A stretch of 64,000 nt of DNA from an uncultured Polyangiales bacterium (GTDB lineage: Bacteria; Myxococcota_A; Polyangia; Polyangiales; GCA-016699535). Position 1 is the first letter of the stretch. Each line of letters begins with the position of its first letter. The notes beneath the pieces are model-generated. The model was given only the letters and a program-made list of their open reading frames with translations, was not told where the DNA came from and did no database searches. The stretch is taken from assembly GCA_964640175.1 (NCBI GenBank), contig CAZXFW010000010.1, positions 30,638 through 94,637 on the forward strand, given 5' to 3'. The position numbers and the translations under genes are program-made. Positions 9,097 to 18,046 of this stretch are shown here, one piece after another.

Positions 9097-11136
9097 TCAG
9101 CTAATGCGCGTTCCTGGCGGAAGCTCGCGATCCACACTCAATACGGATAGCCCTTGGTCGTCGCTTGCCGCTAATACCATGCCTTGAGATTCAAACCCCA
9201 TCATGGTGCGGGGAGGCAAGTTTGCAACGACGGCCAGATGTTTGCCGATCAATTGCTCTGGCGTATACGTCTTGCCAATGCCAGCAAGAATTTGCCGTGG
9301 CGAGGCTTCGCCGAGTTCTACGGTAAGACGCAAAAGTTTATCGCTCTTAGGGACGCGCTCGGCAGTGAGTACTTTGGCGATTCGTAGTTCAACCTTGCTT
9401 AGATCATCGATTGTAATGGAAGACGTCACTGGTTTCTCCGTAGGGGTGTGACTGCGTGGCTTAGACGCAGTAGGCGGTGTCTGAGAGGCAGGTTTGCTGA
9501 TTCGGGGTGCTCCGAGTCGCTCGCGCACAGATTGCTCTTGATCTTTATCGAACCGAGCAAACAAAGGAGCCCCTGGACGCAGCTGCGTGTGCGATGCCAA
9601 TCCACCCCATGCATTGGGCCAACGATCTGCGCCTTCAATAGGCATGACTGGAGGCAGGCCAAGCTGCGTGCGTAATGCGGTGCTTTTGGTCGGCATCACA
9701 GGCCATATCATCACACTAAGCCAGCGCAATGCTTCCAAAACTGTGTAACTGACTTCACCAAGCCGTTTAAGATCTCCTTGCTTGGCAAGTGTCCACGGTG
9801 CCGTTTCATCGACATATTTGTTACACGCTGCGACAAGTTCCCAGGTGATATCCAAGCTACGATTGACGGCCATAACCTCAAAATGAGAAGAAGCCGTTTT
9901 TGCGCACCGTGCAGCAACCTGGATCAGCTGTTGGTCAACGCTTGGAAGTTGTGCAAGGACTATGGATGGCACTTTGGCATGGAGATGCGTTTGGACAAGG
10001 CCAAGAATTCGATGCAATAAGTTGCCGAGCCCATTGGATAACTCGCCTTGATAACGCGCTAATAAGTTTGCATGACTGAAGTCACCGTCTTGGCCAAAGC
10101 CAATGTCACGCATGAGGTAGTAGCGCAGGACATCCGCGCCAAGTGTTTCCACTAAGGGCTCAGGCGTTAAGAAATTGCCCAAACTTTTGGACATTTTTTC
10201 GCCATTGACGGTAAGCCAACCATGCGCCCAAACCTGCGTGGGAGGGTTGAGCTTTGCGCTCATCAGAAATGCTGGCCAATAGACCGCATGAAAGCGCAGA
10301 ATATCTTTGCCCACGATATGAATGGCATCGCTATGGGGTGGCCAGAATTGATCAAATAACGGTGCAGATTGGCCTTGGTCGGCAGGAGCGCCTAGAGCGC
10401 TGATATAGTTTGCGAGCGCATCCAACCACACATACATTACGTGTGCAGAGTTGCCTGGGACAGGAATACCCCATCGAAAACTGGTGCGAGAGATGGATAG
10501 ATCACGCAGACCTTCGCGCACAAAGCTTTTGACTTCGTTGAAACGGCTTTCTGGTTTTACGAAGTCGGGATGAGACTCGTAGAATGCCAGCAATATGTCG
10601 GTGTATTTACTCAACCGAAAGAAATAGCTTTCCTCTTTGATACGTTCTACAGGTTTTTTATGCGTGGGACACAGGTCGCCATCAAGCAAATCTTTTTGTG
10701 TGTAGAAGGTCTCGCAATCGACACAATAGGAGTCTTCGTAATGCCCGAGGTAGATATCATCATTGGCTTGCATTTGCGCCCATAGCGCTTGTGCTCGCCT
10801 TTTGTGACGAGGCTCGGTGGTGCGAATGAAGTCGTTATACTCACATCCCAGTTGATTCCATGCTGTACGGAATGGGGCTGCCATACGATCGACAAAATCT
10901 TGAGGACTGAGGGCCTCCTGTTTCGCGCGTCGCTCGATCTTTAATCCATGCTCATCTAAACCAGTTAGAAAACGAGTCGGTCGTCCGCGAAGCTTGTGGT
11001 ATCGGGCTATCACATCGGTCGCCACGGTCGAGTAGGTGGTCCCAAGGTGGGGACGGTCGTTACAATAGTAGATGGGTGTGGTGATATAAAAGGGCTTCAC
11101 GTCGAGGGGCGTTTTATCACGACTCTGAGAGTTCAA
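9097..11136 (-). CDS. metG: Methionyl-tRNA synthetase with C-terminal tRNA-binding domain
   Basis: ITTPIYY, HLGT (HIGH-like), YVWLDAL, GKDILRFH, KMSKS, OB-fold tail ESQGMVLAA. Confidence 0.97.
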   Translation of the reverse strand: MNSQSRDKTPLDVKPFYITTPIYYCNDRPHLGTTYSTVATDVIARYHKLRGRPTRFLTGLDEHGLKIERRAKQEALSPQDFVDRMAAPFRTAWNQLGCEYNDFIRTTEPRHKRRAQALWAQMQANDDIYLGHYEDSYCVDCETFYTQKDLLDGDLCPTHKKPVERIKEESYFFRLSKYTDILLAFYESHPDFVKPESRFNEVKSFVREGLRDLSISRTSFRWGIPVPGNSAHVMYVWLDALANYISALGAPADQGQSAPLFDQFWPPHSDAIHIVGKDILRFHAVYWPAFLMSAKLNPPTQVWAHGWLTVNGEKMSKSLGNFLTPEPLVETLGADVLRYYLMRDIGFGQDGDFSHANLLARYQGELSNGLGNLLHRILGLVQTHLHAKVPSIVLAQLPSVDQQLIQVAARCAKTASSHFEVMAVNRSLDITWELVAACNKYVDETAPWTLAKQGDLKRLGEVSYTVLEALRWLSVMIWPVMPTKSTALRTQLGLPPVMPIEGADRWPNAWGGLASHTQLRPGAPLFARFDKDQEQSVRERLGAPRISKPASQTPPTASKPRSHTPTEKPVTSSITIDDLSKVELRIAKVLTAERVPKSDKLLRLTVELGEASPRQILAGIGKTYTPEQLIGKHLAVVANLPPRTMMGFESQGMVLAASDDQGLSVLSVDRELPPGTRIS

Positions 11137-12118
11137 AAAGTAGAGATTCGATCACAAGCTGTTTGTTGGCTGTTCGTTCGAGTAAACGTGTGGTGCGGCG
11201 TATGGCAAAAACCCTAGCGGCCAGTCGGTCGATATAAATAGGCTTTGCACAACGATTCAGAGCTGCCATGACATCCAAAGTGGAAAAGGCGGCTGGTTTG
11301 AGTTCGCTACTGAGATGGCTAACGGCTATGTCACGGTAGAGCCAGGCCAAGGTATCTAGGACGACATCGAGGTGTTCGTCCTGTGTGAGTGTTTCTGCAA
11401 GGCCAAGCACTTCGGAATTGGTTCCTTGAGACACGGTGTCATTAATGGCGATTGCTTGTTTTACCAAAGTGCTTGTACGATTTTCTTGTGCTAGCCACAA
11501 AGCACGATCAGCACGACCTTTGGCAAGAGCTGCGGCGATGTCCACGAGGGCTTTGTCAGTATGGTGCTCTGTTAAGATCTGTTTTACAGCAGCTTCTGGT
11601 AGTCGGCTAAACCTTAAGCTTTGACAACGTGAGCGAATGGTGTCGAGTAGTCGTTTTGGCCTGCTGCTTATTAGGATAAAGTGGACATGTGGCCGTGGCT
11701 CTTCTAAGGTTTTCAACAATGCATTGGCAGCTTCGGGTTGATGAGGGGGGAAGCTGAGCTCCGCATCTGGAAAAATCAAAACGGCAGCACGTCCTTCGAA
11801 AGGTGCATAACGAGTAAACGGAAGAATCTCTTCTCTTACAAATTCCACTTTGAGATTGCCGCCACCTTCTTTGCGTGGGAAAATTATGCGCACATCAGGG
11901 TGTTGTCCTTCTAAGATGCGATGGCAAATAGCGCAGGCACCACACCCCGTTAGAGATTTTTTTTGGCACAACAATGCGCAAGCGAGTGCATAGGCTGTTT
12001 TTGTCTTTCCCACGCCTCCAGGCCCTTCAAACAAGTATGCATGTGCAAGATGGTGATTCGCGACAGAACGCTTTAGTGTTTCAGTCACGCTATCTTGAGC
12101 AAGGATCTGGGTTAACAT
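11117..12118 (-). CDS. holB: DNA polymerase III delta-prime subunit
   Basis: HAYLFEGPGGVGKT, CGACAIC, HPDV, AANALLKTLEEP, TIRSRCQ. Confidence 0.93.
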   Translation of the reverse strand: MLTQILAQDSVTETLKRSVANHHLAHAYLFEGPGGVGKTKTAYALACALLCQKKSLTGCGACAICHRILEGQHPDVRIIFPRKEGGGNLKVEFVREEILPFTRYAPFEGRAAVLIFPDAELSFPPHQPEAANALLKTLEEPRPHVHFILISSRPKRLLDTIRSRCQSLRFSRLPEAAVKQILTEHHTDKALVDIAAALAKGRADRALWLAQENRTSTLVKQAIAINDTVSQGTNSEVLGLAETLTQDEHLDVVLDTLAWLYRDIAVSHLSSELKPAAFSTLDVMAALNRCAKPIYIDRLAARVFAIRRTTRLLERTANKQLVIESLLFELSES

Positions 12119-12123
12119 AGGTG

Positions 12124-12732
12124 TTAGGTGGGCTCGAACATATAAGCAGCAAGGATTTCCAGAGATGTGACGACGCGGTCAGCGTCAAGGGCATCTGGAT
12201 CGACGATCGTTTGCATAACCAAGCCATCCAATAGCCCGTTAAGGATACGAGGTAGCATGTCGATTGGCAAACGTGGCTGTAATCCGAGTGTTTGAAGACG
12301 AGGTTCAAGGTACTCAATCACCTGAGAAGCAGCCAACTCATAGTAGCGCGCCAGCTGCGGCCTTAACGTGGAATCGTGTAGGCTTTGAGCAAGTAAATCG
12401 GCAATTACAGCGGCTTCATCGTTGCGATCGACGCGAACGTGCCATAGCTCGCGTAAAGAAGCCCTTACAGATTCGATTGGGTCGCCGGCTTGGTTCCACA
12501 CGGCCTGTGCGCGTTCTGCGACTCGATTGCAGGCTCGTTCGAGAACTTTGGAGATTAAGGCCTCTTTGGTGGGAAAGTGGTAATGGAGAGCCCCTTTGGA
12601 CATGCCTGCCTCCATGGCGATATCAAGAAGGCTGGTGCGGGCGTATCCTTGGCGAGCCAACACACGTGTTGCCGCTTCAACAATGTGAGCAACGCTTGTT
12701 TCTGACTTTTTATAACCCATAGGACGGTCCAA
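12124..12732 (-). CDS. TetR/AcrR family regulator
   Basis: N-terminal HTH: QGYARTSLLDIAMEAGMSKGALHYHFPTKEAL. Confidence 0.9.
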   Translation of the reverse strand: MDRPMGYKKSETSVAHIVEAATRVLARQGYARTSLLDIAMEAGMSKGALHYHFPTKEALISKVLERACNRVAERAQAVWNQAGDPIESVRASLRELWHVRVDRNDEAAVIADLLAQSLHDSTLRPQLARYYELAASQVIEYLEPRLQTLGLQPRLPIDMLPRILNGLLDGLVMQTIVDPDALDADRVVTSLEILAAYMFEPT

Positions 12733-12800
12733 AAATGCCGGTAATAAGTGCGTACGTCAAGCTTTTCAGTAGGTTCACGATGTGTTAGGGCAGGGGAACG

Positions 12801-13589
12801 ATGACTCACCAATTGCAGGGCGAAAATCTCCCACGTTTGGTACAAATCATGCAGCGGTTGCTTGCTCCAGGTGGATGCCCTTGGGATCGTGAACAGACAC
12901 TAGAGACTCTTCGAGCCTATGTCATTGAGGAGGCGTTTGAAGTCGTGGATGCCATTGATTCTGGAGATTCCGGAAGCTTAAAAGAGGAGCTGGGAGACCT
13001 GTTGTTGCAGGTAGTGTTCCAAGCAGAACTGGCTCGAGATAAAGGCTGGTTTGGCCCTAATGATGTGATTGAAAGCATTTGTGACAAATTGGTACGGCGA
13101 CATCCGCATGTATTTGGTGAGCTGCAAGCCAATGACAGCCGCGCAGCACTTCAAAATTGGGAAGCCATCAAGGCTCAGGAAAACGGACCAAAGGGCCGTG
13201 GCCGACTCGATGGTGTGCCGCTTGCCATGCCAGCATTGTTGCGGGCGTTTCGGATTGGAGAGAAAGCGGCTCAGGTGGGGTATGACTGGTCTGATGCGGC
13301 TCACGTTAGAGTTAAAGTCAATGAAGAATTGAGTGAATTGGATGCAGCGATTGCATATCAGGATTTGGATGCTGTTGAAGCGGAGCTCGGAGATGTGCTT
13401 TTTGCAGTAGCCAGTCTGGCTCGAAAACACGGCCTCGATCCTGAAATGGCACTACGAAAAACGCTCCAGCGGTTTACAGAAAGATTTGGCAAAGTAGAAG
13501 CGCGTGCCAAAAAGGAAGATAGGGAGTTAGCCTCATTAACAGATGCCGAGCGTGATGTTTGGTGGCAAGAAGCTAAGCGCGACGAGTGA
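12801..13589 (+). CDS. mazG: Nucleoside triphosphate pyrophosphohydrolase MazG
   Basis: GCPWDREQT, EELGDLLLQVVF, KLVRRHPHVF, ELGDVLF. Confidence 0.95.
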   Translation: MTHQLQGENLPRLVQIMQRLLAPGGCPWDREQTLETLRAYVIEEAFEVVDAIDSGDSGSLKEELGDLLLQVVFQAELARDKGWFGPNDVIESICDKLVRRHPHVFGELQANDSRAALQNWEAIKAQENGPKGRGRLDGVPLAMPALLRAFRIGEKAAQVGYDWSDAAHVRVKVNEELSELDAAIAYQDLDAVEAELGDVLFAVASLARKHGLDPEMALRKTLQRFTERFGKVEARAKKEDRELASLTDAERDVWWQEAKRDE

Positions 13590-13600
13590 CGCCAATTATT

Positions 13601-14572
13601 CTAAAGCCTCGCATTGGCAAAGGCAATCACATCTTGAATGTCTTGGGTCCCCGCTAACAACATCATCAGCCGGTCAAACCCTAGAGCCATTCCCACACAC
13701 GGAGGAAGGCCTTGAATGAGTGCGGAAAGGAAACGCTCATCCAAAGGATAATTGGGCTTGGCAAGGACACGCCGCCGTTCCAAGTCGTGTTCGTGACGTG
13801 AACGCTGTTCGTGAGCGTCTGTGAGTTCAACATAGCCATTACAAAGTTCCATGCCTGCTATATAGGCTTCCGTGCGTTCTGCAAGGGCTGGGTTAGCTGC
13901 TTTCAGACGAGCAAGCGAAGCCATGGGGGCTGGATAGTCAAACAAAAAGCAAGGTTGATTGCGTCCTAAATGGTGTTCTACCTCATCGACCAAGACTCGA
14001 AAAAATCGCTCTTCATCTTCTGCGAGTTCGAGGGCACTCTGGTTTGCAAATCGTTGAAACGCCTCTTCTACACTTAGACGTTGCCAGGGGGGAGCAAGCT
14101 CATAGGTATCGTTCCCAAGTTGAACACGGGTGCGTCCAAGAACCTGTTGCGATACAAAGGCAACAAGGTTTTCAGTTTCCTGTAAGAGTTCCTCGTAGGT
14201 GCTACCAACTTGGTACCATTCCACCATGGTAAATTCAGGCTCATGCCGTGAGCCTTTTTCGTCACGGCGGAAACATGGACATATTTGAAATATACGATTA
14301 AACCCCGCGCTTAGCAGGCGTTTCATCTGGTACTCCGGGCTAGTGATTAGCCAACGTGCTTCAGGGTGTCCTTGGATTTCAAAGGCATCAAGATGAACCT
14401 CTGTGCCCGGACTTGGCACCATAAGGGGCGTTTGGACTTCGAGGTAGCCTCTGTTTTCGAAGTACTCACGCACAGCACGTAGCGCAGACGCTCGCAATTG
14501 TAGAATGGTATGTCGTCTGCTTGAATCTTCCGCGAACCAAGCTTGATCGCTACTTTTTGTGGACACGTTCAA
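13601..14572 (-). CDS. epmA: EF-P lysine beta-lysylase (GenX/PoxA)
   Basis: LysRS-like catalytic domain only: TSPEYQMKRLL, HEPEFTMVEWY, ELCNGY, GMALGFDRL; adjacent to efp. Confidence 0.93.
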   Translation of the reverse strand: MNVSTKSSDQAWFAEDSSRRHTILQLRASALRAVREYFENRGYLEVQTPLMVPSPGTEVHLDAFEIQGHPEARWLITSPEYQMKRLLSAGFNRIFQICPCFRRDEKGSRHEPEFTMVEWYQVGSTYEELLQETENLVAFVSQQVLGRTRVQLGNDTYELAPPWQRLSVEEAFQRFANQSALELAEDEERFFRVLVDEVEHHLGRNQPCFLFDYPAPMASLARLKAANPALAERTEAYIAGMELCNGYVELTDAHEQRSRHEHDLERRRVLAKPNYPLDERFLSALIQGLPPCVGMALGFDRLMMLLAGTQDIQDVIAFANARL

Positions 14573-15116
14573 CGTAAGCGATCGTCCGCGTGTCGATTTT
14601 TAAGTATTCACCTTCATTCACAAACAAAGGCACATTCACTTGTAAGCCTGTTTCCAGGGTTGCAGGTTTGGTGGAACCTGTTGCCGTATCTCCTTTAAAC
14701 CCTGGATCGGTCTGTACTACTTTAAGCACAACAAAGGTGGGTGGTGTAACTCCGATGGGTTTGCCTTCAAAAAGCAATACGTCAACCATTGTTCCATCAA
14801 GCAGATAAAAGCGGTTATCCCCGATCTGGGCTTGTGTAATATGCATCTGGTCGTAGCTTGTTGTGTCCATAAACACAAAATGATCACCTTCTGCATACAA
14901 GTACTGCATCTGTCGCTCTTCCATGTCCGCTTTATCAAGCTTTTCGCCCGATTTATAAGTGCGTTCCACAACGCTGCCTGTCAGCATGTTACGTAGCTTG
15001 GTGCGTGTGAAAGGCTGGCCTTTGCCCGGCTTGACGAACTGAAAGTCGACCACCGTGTACGGCGTGCCGTCGATCTGAATCTTCAGACCTTTGCGTATTT
15101 CGGACGTATCGTACAT
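14550..15116 (-). CDS. efp: Elongation factor P
   Basis: FVKPGKG loop with Lys, PGFKGDTA, LETG, VPLFVNEGE. Confidence 0.98.
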   Translation of the reverse strand: MYDTSEIRKGLKIQIDGTPYTVVDFQFVKPGKGQPFTRTKLRNMLTGSVVERTYKSGEKLDKADMEERQMQYLYAEGDHFVFMDTTSYDQMHITQAQIGDNRFYLLDGTMVDVLLFEGKPIGVTPPTFVVLKVVQTDPGFKGDTATGSTKPATLETGLQVNVPLFVNEGEYLKIDTRTIAYVERVHKK

Positions 15117-15142
15117 AGGGCGTAATCCAAAGAAAGAGGAAA

Positions 15143-15562
15143 CTAGTCAGTGTTGACGTGCTGCTCTACAATAACAACGCTGCTAGGGGCTGTCGCCTTT
15201 TCATTGGATTCGGCAGTAACTTTAAAAATAAAGTTATCAAGCGGTGTCGTCGCCATCACATTGCCTTCGCGGCTGTCTTCATCAAATGCAAGCGTTCCCG
15301 CGTTGATGGGAGCCCTATAGGGTGGGAGGATCCACGCCACATAAGACTCAAGTCCTTCACCCAGTTGTTGTGGCCTTGGCAAGTGTTCAAGTTTGAGGGT
15401 CACCATGTTGTTACCACCATCGATTTCTTCGATTTGCAGATCACCTTTTGCGCCTACCGCTTTAGGAGTGCCTTCCACAAGATATTCCGAAGAACCTGCA
15501 CAACCGCTCAGTGCGGTTAGCAATAACAATAAACCACCAACTCCATAGTAAAATGCTTTCAT
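15143..15562 (-). CDS. Lipoprotein of unknown function
   Basis: Lipobox LSGC, beta-rich 139 aa. Confidence 0.75.
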   Translation of the reverse strand: MKAFYYGVGGLLLLLTALSGCAGSSEYLVEGTPKAVGAKGDLQIEEIDGGNNMVTLKLEHLPRPQQLGEGLESYVAWILPPYRAPINAGTLAFDEDSREGNVMATTPLDNFIFKVTAESNEKATAPSSVVIVEQHVNTD

Positions 15563-15584
15563 AGCGTAACCTCGACACGTTTTT

Positions 15585-16526
15585 ATGCGTTATATGACAC
15601 CTCGTCAAGAGCATGAAAGCTGGCATAATATAACCATGATGGAGAAGTCCCGTTCTATTGAAGACATTCATCAAGGTGGTTCGTTCCATTGGGTGGGGGA
15701 CGGTTTTCACGTTCGTACGATGTTTCCAAGTCGGACATTACCCGTAGAGCGCGTGAGTCCTTTTGTTCTACTCGATCACCACCCGCCCTTGGAATATCCA
15801 GCGCTTGCCCAAGGTCAACGCGGGGTTGGTTGGCATCCGCATCGAGGGTTTGAAACAGTCACCTTCGCTTGGCAAGGGGCTGTGGCACATCGTGACACTG
15901 CGGGTCATTCGGGCGTGATCCAACCTGGCGATGTGCAGTGGATGACAGCGGCATCTGGCGTCTTACATGAAGAATACCATGAGCTAGCGTTTTCCCGTCA
16001 AGGCGGAGTGTTTGAAGTGGCGCAGCTATGGGTCAACTTGCCTGCGAAGTACAAAATGACATCACCGAGGTATCAAGGGATTACTCAAGACCAAATCCCG
16101 ACAGTTGCTGTGGGCGGTAGAGAGAAAAGCAGGGTACGCGTGGTTGCGGGTGAGTTTGCTGGAGTAAAGGGGCCTGCTCGGACATTCACGCCCATGACCA
16201 TTCTTGATGTGCAGATGCATGGCAAAGATTCCGTTCAAGTGGATCTTCCGCCGGGCTATAATGCGATGGCGTTGGTGGCTACCGGGAAACTAGACTTTGG
16301 CATACGACAGGCAAGCATGGGGGAGCTTGTAGTGTTTGCCAACGATGGCAACCCCTATGTGGTGTTACCATCACAAGAAGACGCCCATGTGCTTCTTCTG
16401 GCGGGCGAGCCGATTGACGAGCCCATTGTGCAATACGGACCGTTTGTCATGAACACACAAAAGGAAATCTCAGAAGCAATTCAAGACGTTCAAGCAGGCA
16501 ATTTTGGTCCGATTCCTGAAGATTAA
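15585..16526 (+). CDS. Pirin family bicupin
   Basis: PFVLLDH, HPHRGFETVT, VQWMTAASGVLHEE, QLWVNLP, YGPFVMNT; true start may be downstream. Confidence 0.93.
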   Translation: MRYMTPRQEHESWHNITMMEKSRSIEDIHQGGSFHWVGDGFHVRTMFPSRTLPVERVSPFVLLDHHPPLEYPALAQGQRGVGWHPHRGFETVTFAWQGAVAHRDTAGHSGVIQPGDVQWMTAASGVLHEEYHELAFSRQGGVFEVAQLWVNLPAKYKMTSPRYQGITQDQIPTVAVGGREKSRVRVVAGEFAGVKGPARTFTPMTILDVQMHGKDSVQVDLPPGYNAMALVATGKLDFGIRQASMGELVVFANDGNPYVVLPSQEDAHVLLLAGEPIDEPIVQYGPFVMNTQKEISEAIQDVQAGNFGPIPED

Positions 16527-16544
16527 AGGGATAGCGTTTGGAGC

Positions 16545-17198
16545 ATGGGAAAATCAATGTCGCTGGCTAAGTCGATCGATCATACCTTGCTTGATGTTTC
16601 CGCCTCTGAGGCAGACATTCGACGGTTATGTCAGGAAGCCGTACGTTATCAGTTTGCGGCTGTGTGTGTGCAGCCCCAATGGGTGGCGTTGTGTAAAGAG
16701 AATCTTAATGGCGATGTAGCAATCGCAACTGTAGTAGGGTTTCCCGACGGTGCATGTTCTGCCATGATAAAAACGGCGGATGCCAAAGCTGCTGTTCGAG
16801 CAGGGGCATCAGAAATTGACATGGTCATCGATTATCGCGCTTTAAAAGAGCGGAGCTATCGTCAAGTGTTTATGGATATAAGGGCGGTAGTCGAGAGTGC
16901 AGCGCCAGCGTTAGTCAAAGTTATCTTGGAAACAGGGGTGCTCAGTCATGACGCCAAAGTCAGTGGGTGTGTCTTGGCGAAAGCTGCGGGCGCAGCATTT
17001 GTTAAATCTTCTACAGGATTGATCAAACCAGGAGCGACCGTAGGTGATATCGCTTTAATGCGATCTGTGGTGGGTGCCGACATGGGAGTCAAAGCCTCTG
17101 GTGGGATTCGCACCATCGGATGTGCCAGAGCCATGCTTGCTGCCGGGGCTAACCGCCTTGGCACAAGCGCCGGGGTTGGGCTTGTGGAAGTCCTTTAG
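16545..17198 (+). CDS. deoC: Deoxyribose-phosphate aldolase
   Basis: IDHTLL, GFPDG, EIDMV, VKVILET, FVKSSTG, VKASGGIR. Confidence 0.95.
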   Translation: MGKSMSLAKSIDHTLLDVSASEADIRRLCQEAVRYQFAAVCVQPQWVALCKENLNGDVAIATVVGFPDGACSAMIKTADAKAAVRAGASEIDMVIDYRALKERSYRQVFMDIRAVVESAAPALVKVILETGVLSHDAKVSGCVLAKAAGAAFVKSSTGLIKPGATVGDIALMRSVVGADMGVKASGGIRTIGCARAMLAAGANRLGTSAGVGLVEVL

Positions 17199-18001
17199 CG
17201 CGACATCAGCGATGTTGAAACGGTTGTTCGAGAGCTGAACGTGCGTTGCAGCCAACGCCGAAAACCAAAATACGTTACCGCATCTTTAATGTCGTTCATA
17301 AACATTCGACTGATCGTCATATGAGGAGACGTCACATACTGCAGTGAAAGGACCATCCGCCGTTGGTTATGCCCCAAGGGTGTCACTTTATGGAGTATGC
17401 GATCACCGTTGAAAATAACAACAGTGCCAGGGTCTGTGGCTACTTCCAGTTGCTCTGGCGTCTTTGCCGGAGAGGATTTGGTATACAGGCGACATACCAG
17501 CTTGCTTTCGCTTTGGTTGACGAGCCCGATAAGGACAGTAATGCGAGTCCCCTTATAGTGGGAGACATCATAATGATAACCAATTGAATCGCCGGCTCTG
17601 GTGTAGTTGTAAATCGCAGCCGCGTGCATGTCGCGAGAGGGACAGGGAACTAAAGTTTCTCCCGTAATGTTGTTCAATAAGCGGATAAAGGATTCTGAGT
17701 GATACAATTGAACGATGGAGGGACACGACTGTAAAATTTGATCGTAACTCACACTGCTGCTGGCTTTGTAACCAGGAACGGACTTGCGACACGCTTGGCT
17801 TCGTGCTTGCTCGGCTTCGTGGATTAAGGCATCCAGTGTTGTTTGCGACAAAAGAGATTGTGATACCACGAACTGATCTTGGTCGAGATAACGTGTTCGG
17901 ATACTAGCCAGATTGGAATCTGCTGGTTCAGACCTGGAAGGGTCGCCCAACAGAGGTAACTCCTGCTCTGAAGTGGCTATGGATATCATAATATTGGGCA
18001 C
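17195..18001 (-). CDS. 2-oxoglutarate/Fe(II)-dependent oxygenase
   Basis: HYD...H facial triad (YHYDVS; ILHKVT) and RMVLSLQY. Confidence 0.75.
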   Translation of the reverse strand: MPNIMISIATSEQELPLLGDPSRSEPADSNLASIRTRYLDQDQFVVSQSLLSQTTLDALIHEAEQARSQACRKSVPGYKASSSVSYDQILQSCPSIVQLYHSESFIRLLNNITGETLVPCPSRDMHAAAIYNYTRAGDSIGYHYDVSHYKGTRITVLIGLVNQSESKLVCRLYTKSSPAKTPEQLEVATDPGTVVIFNGDRILHKVTPLGHNQRRMVLSLQYVTSPHMTISRMFMNDIKDAVTYFGFRRWLQRTFSSRTTVSTSLMSR

Positions 18002-18046
18002 TCTGTACTTGTGTTTGTGCGGTGAGTCAAGGATTTGGGTACATAT

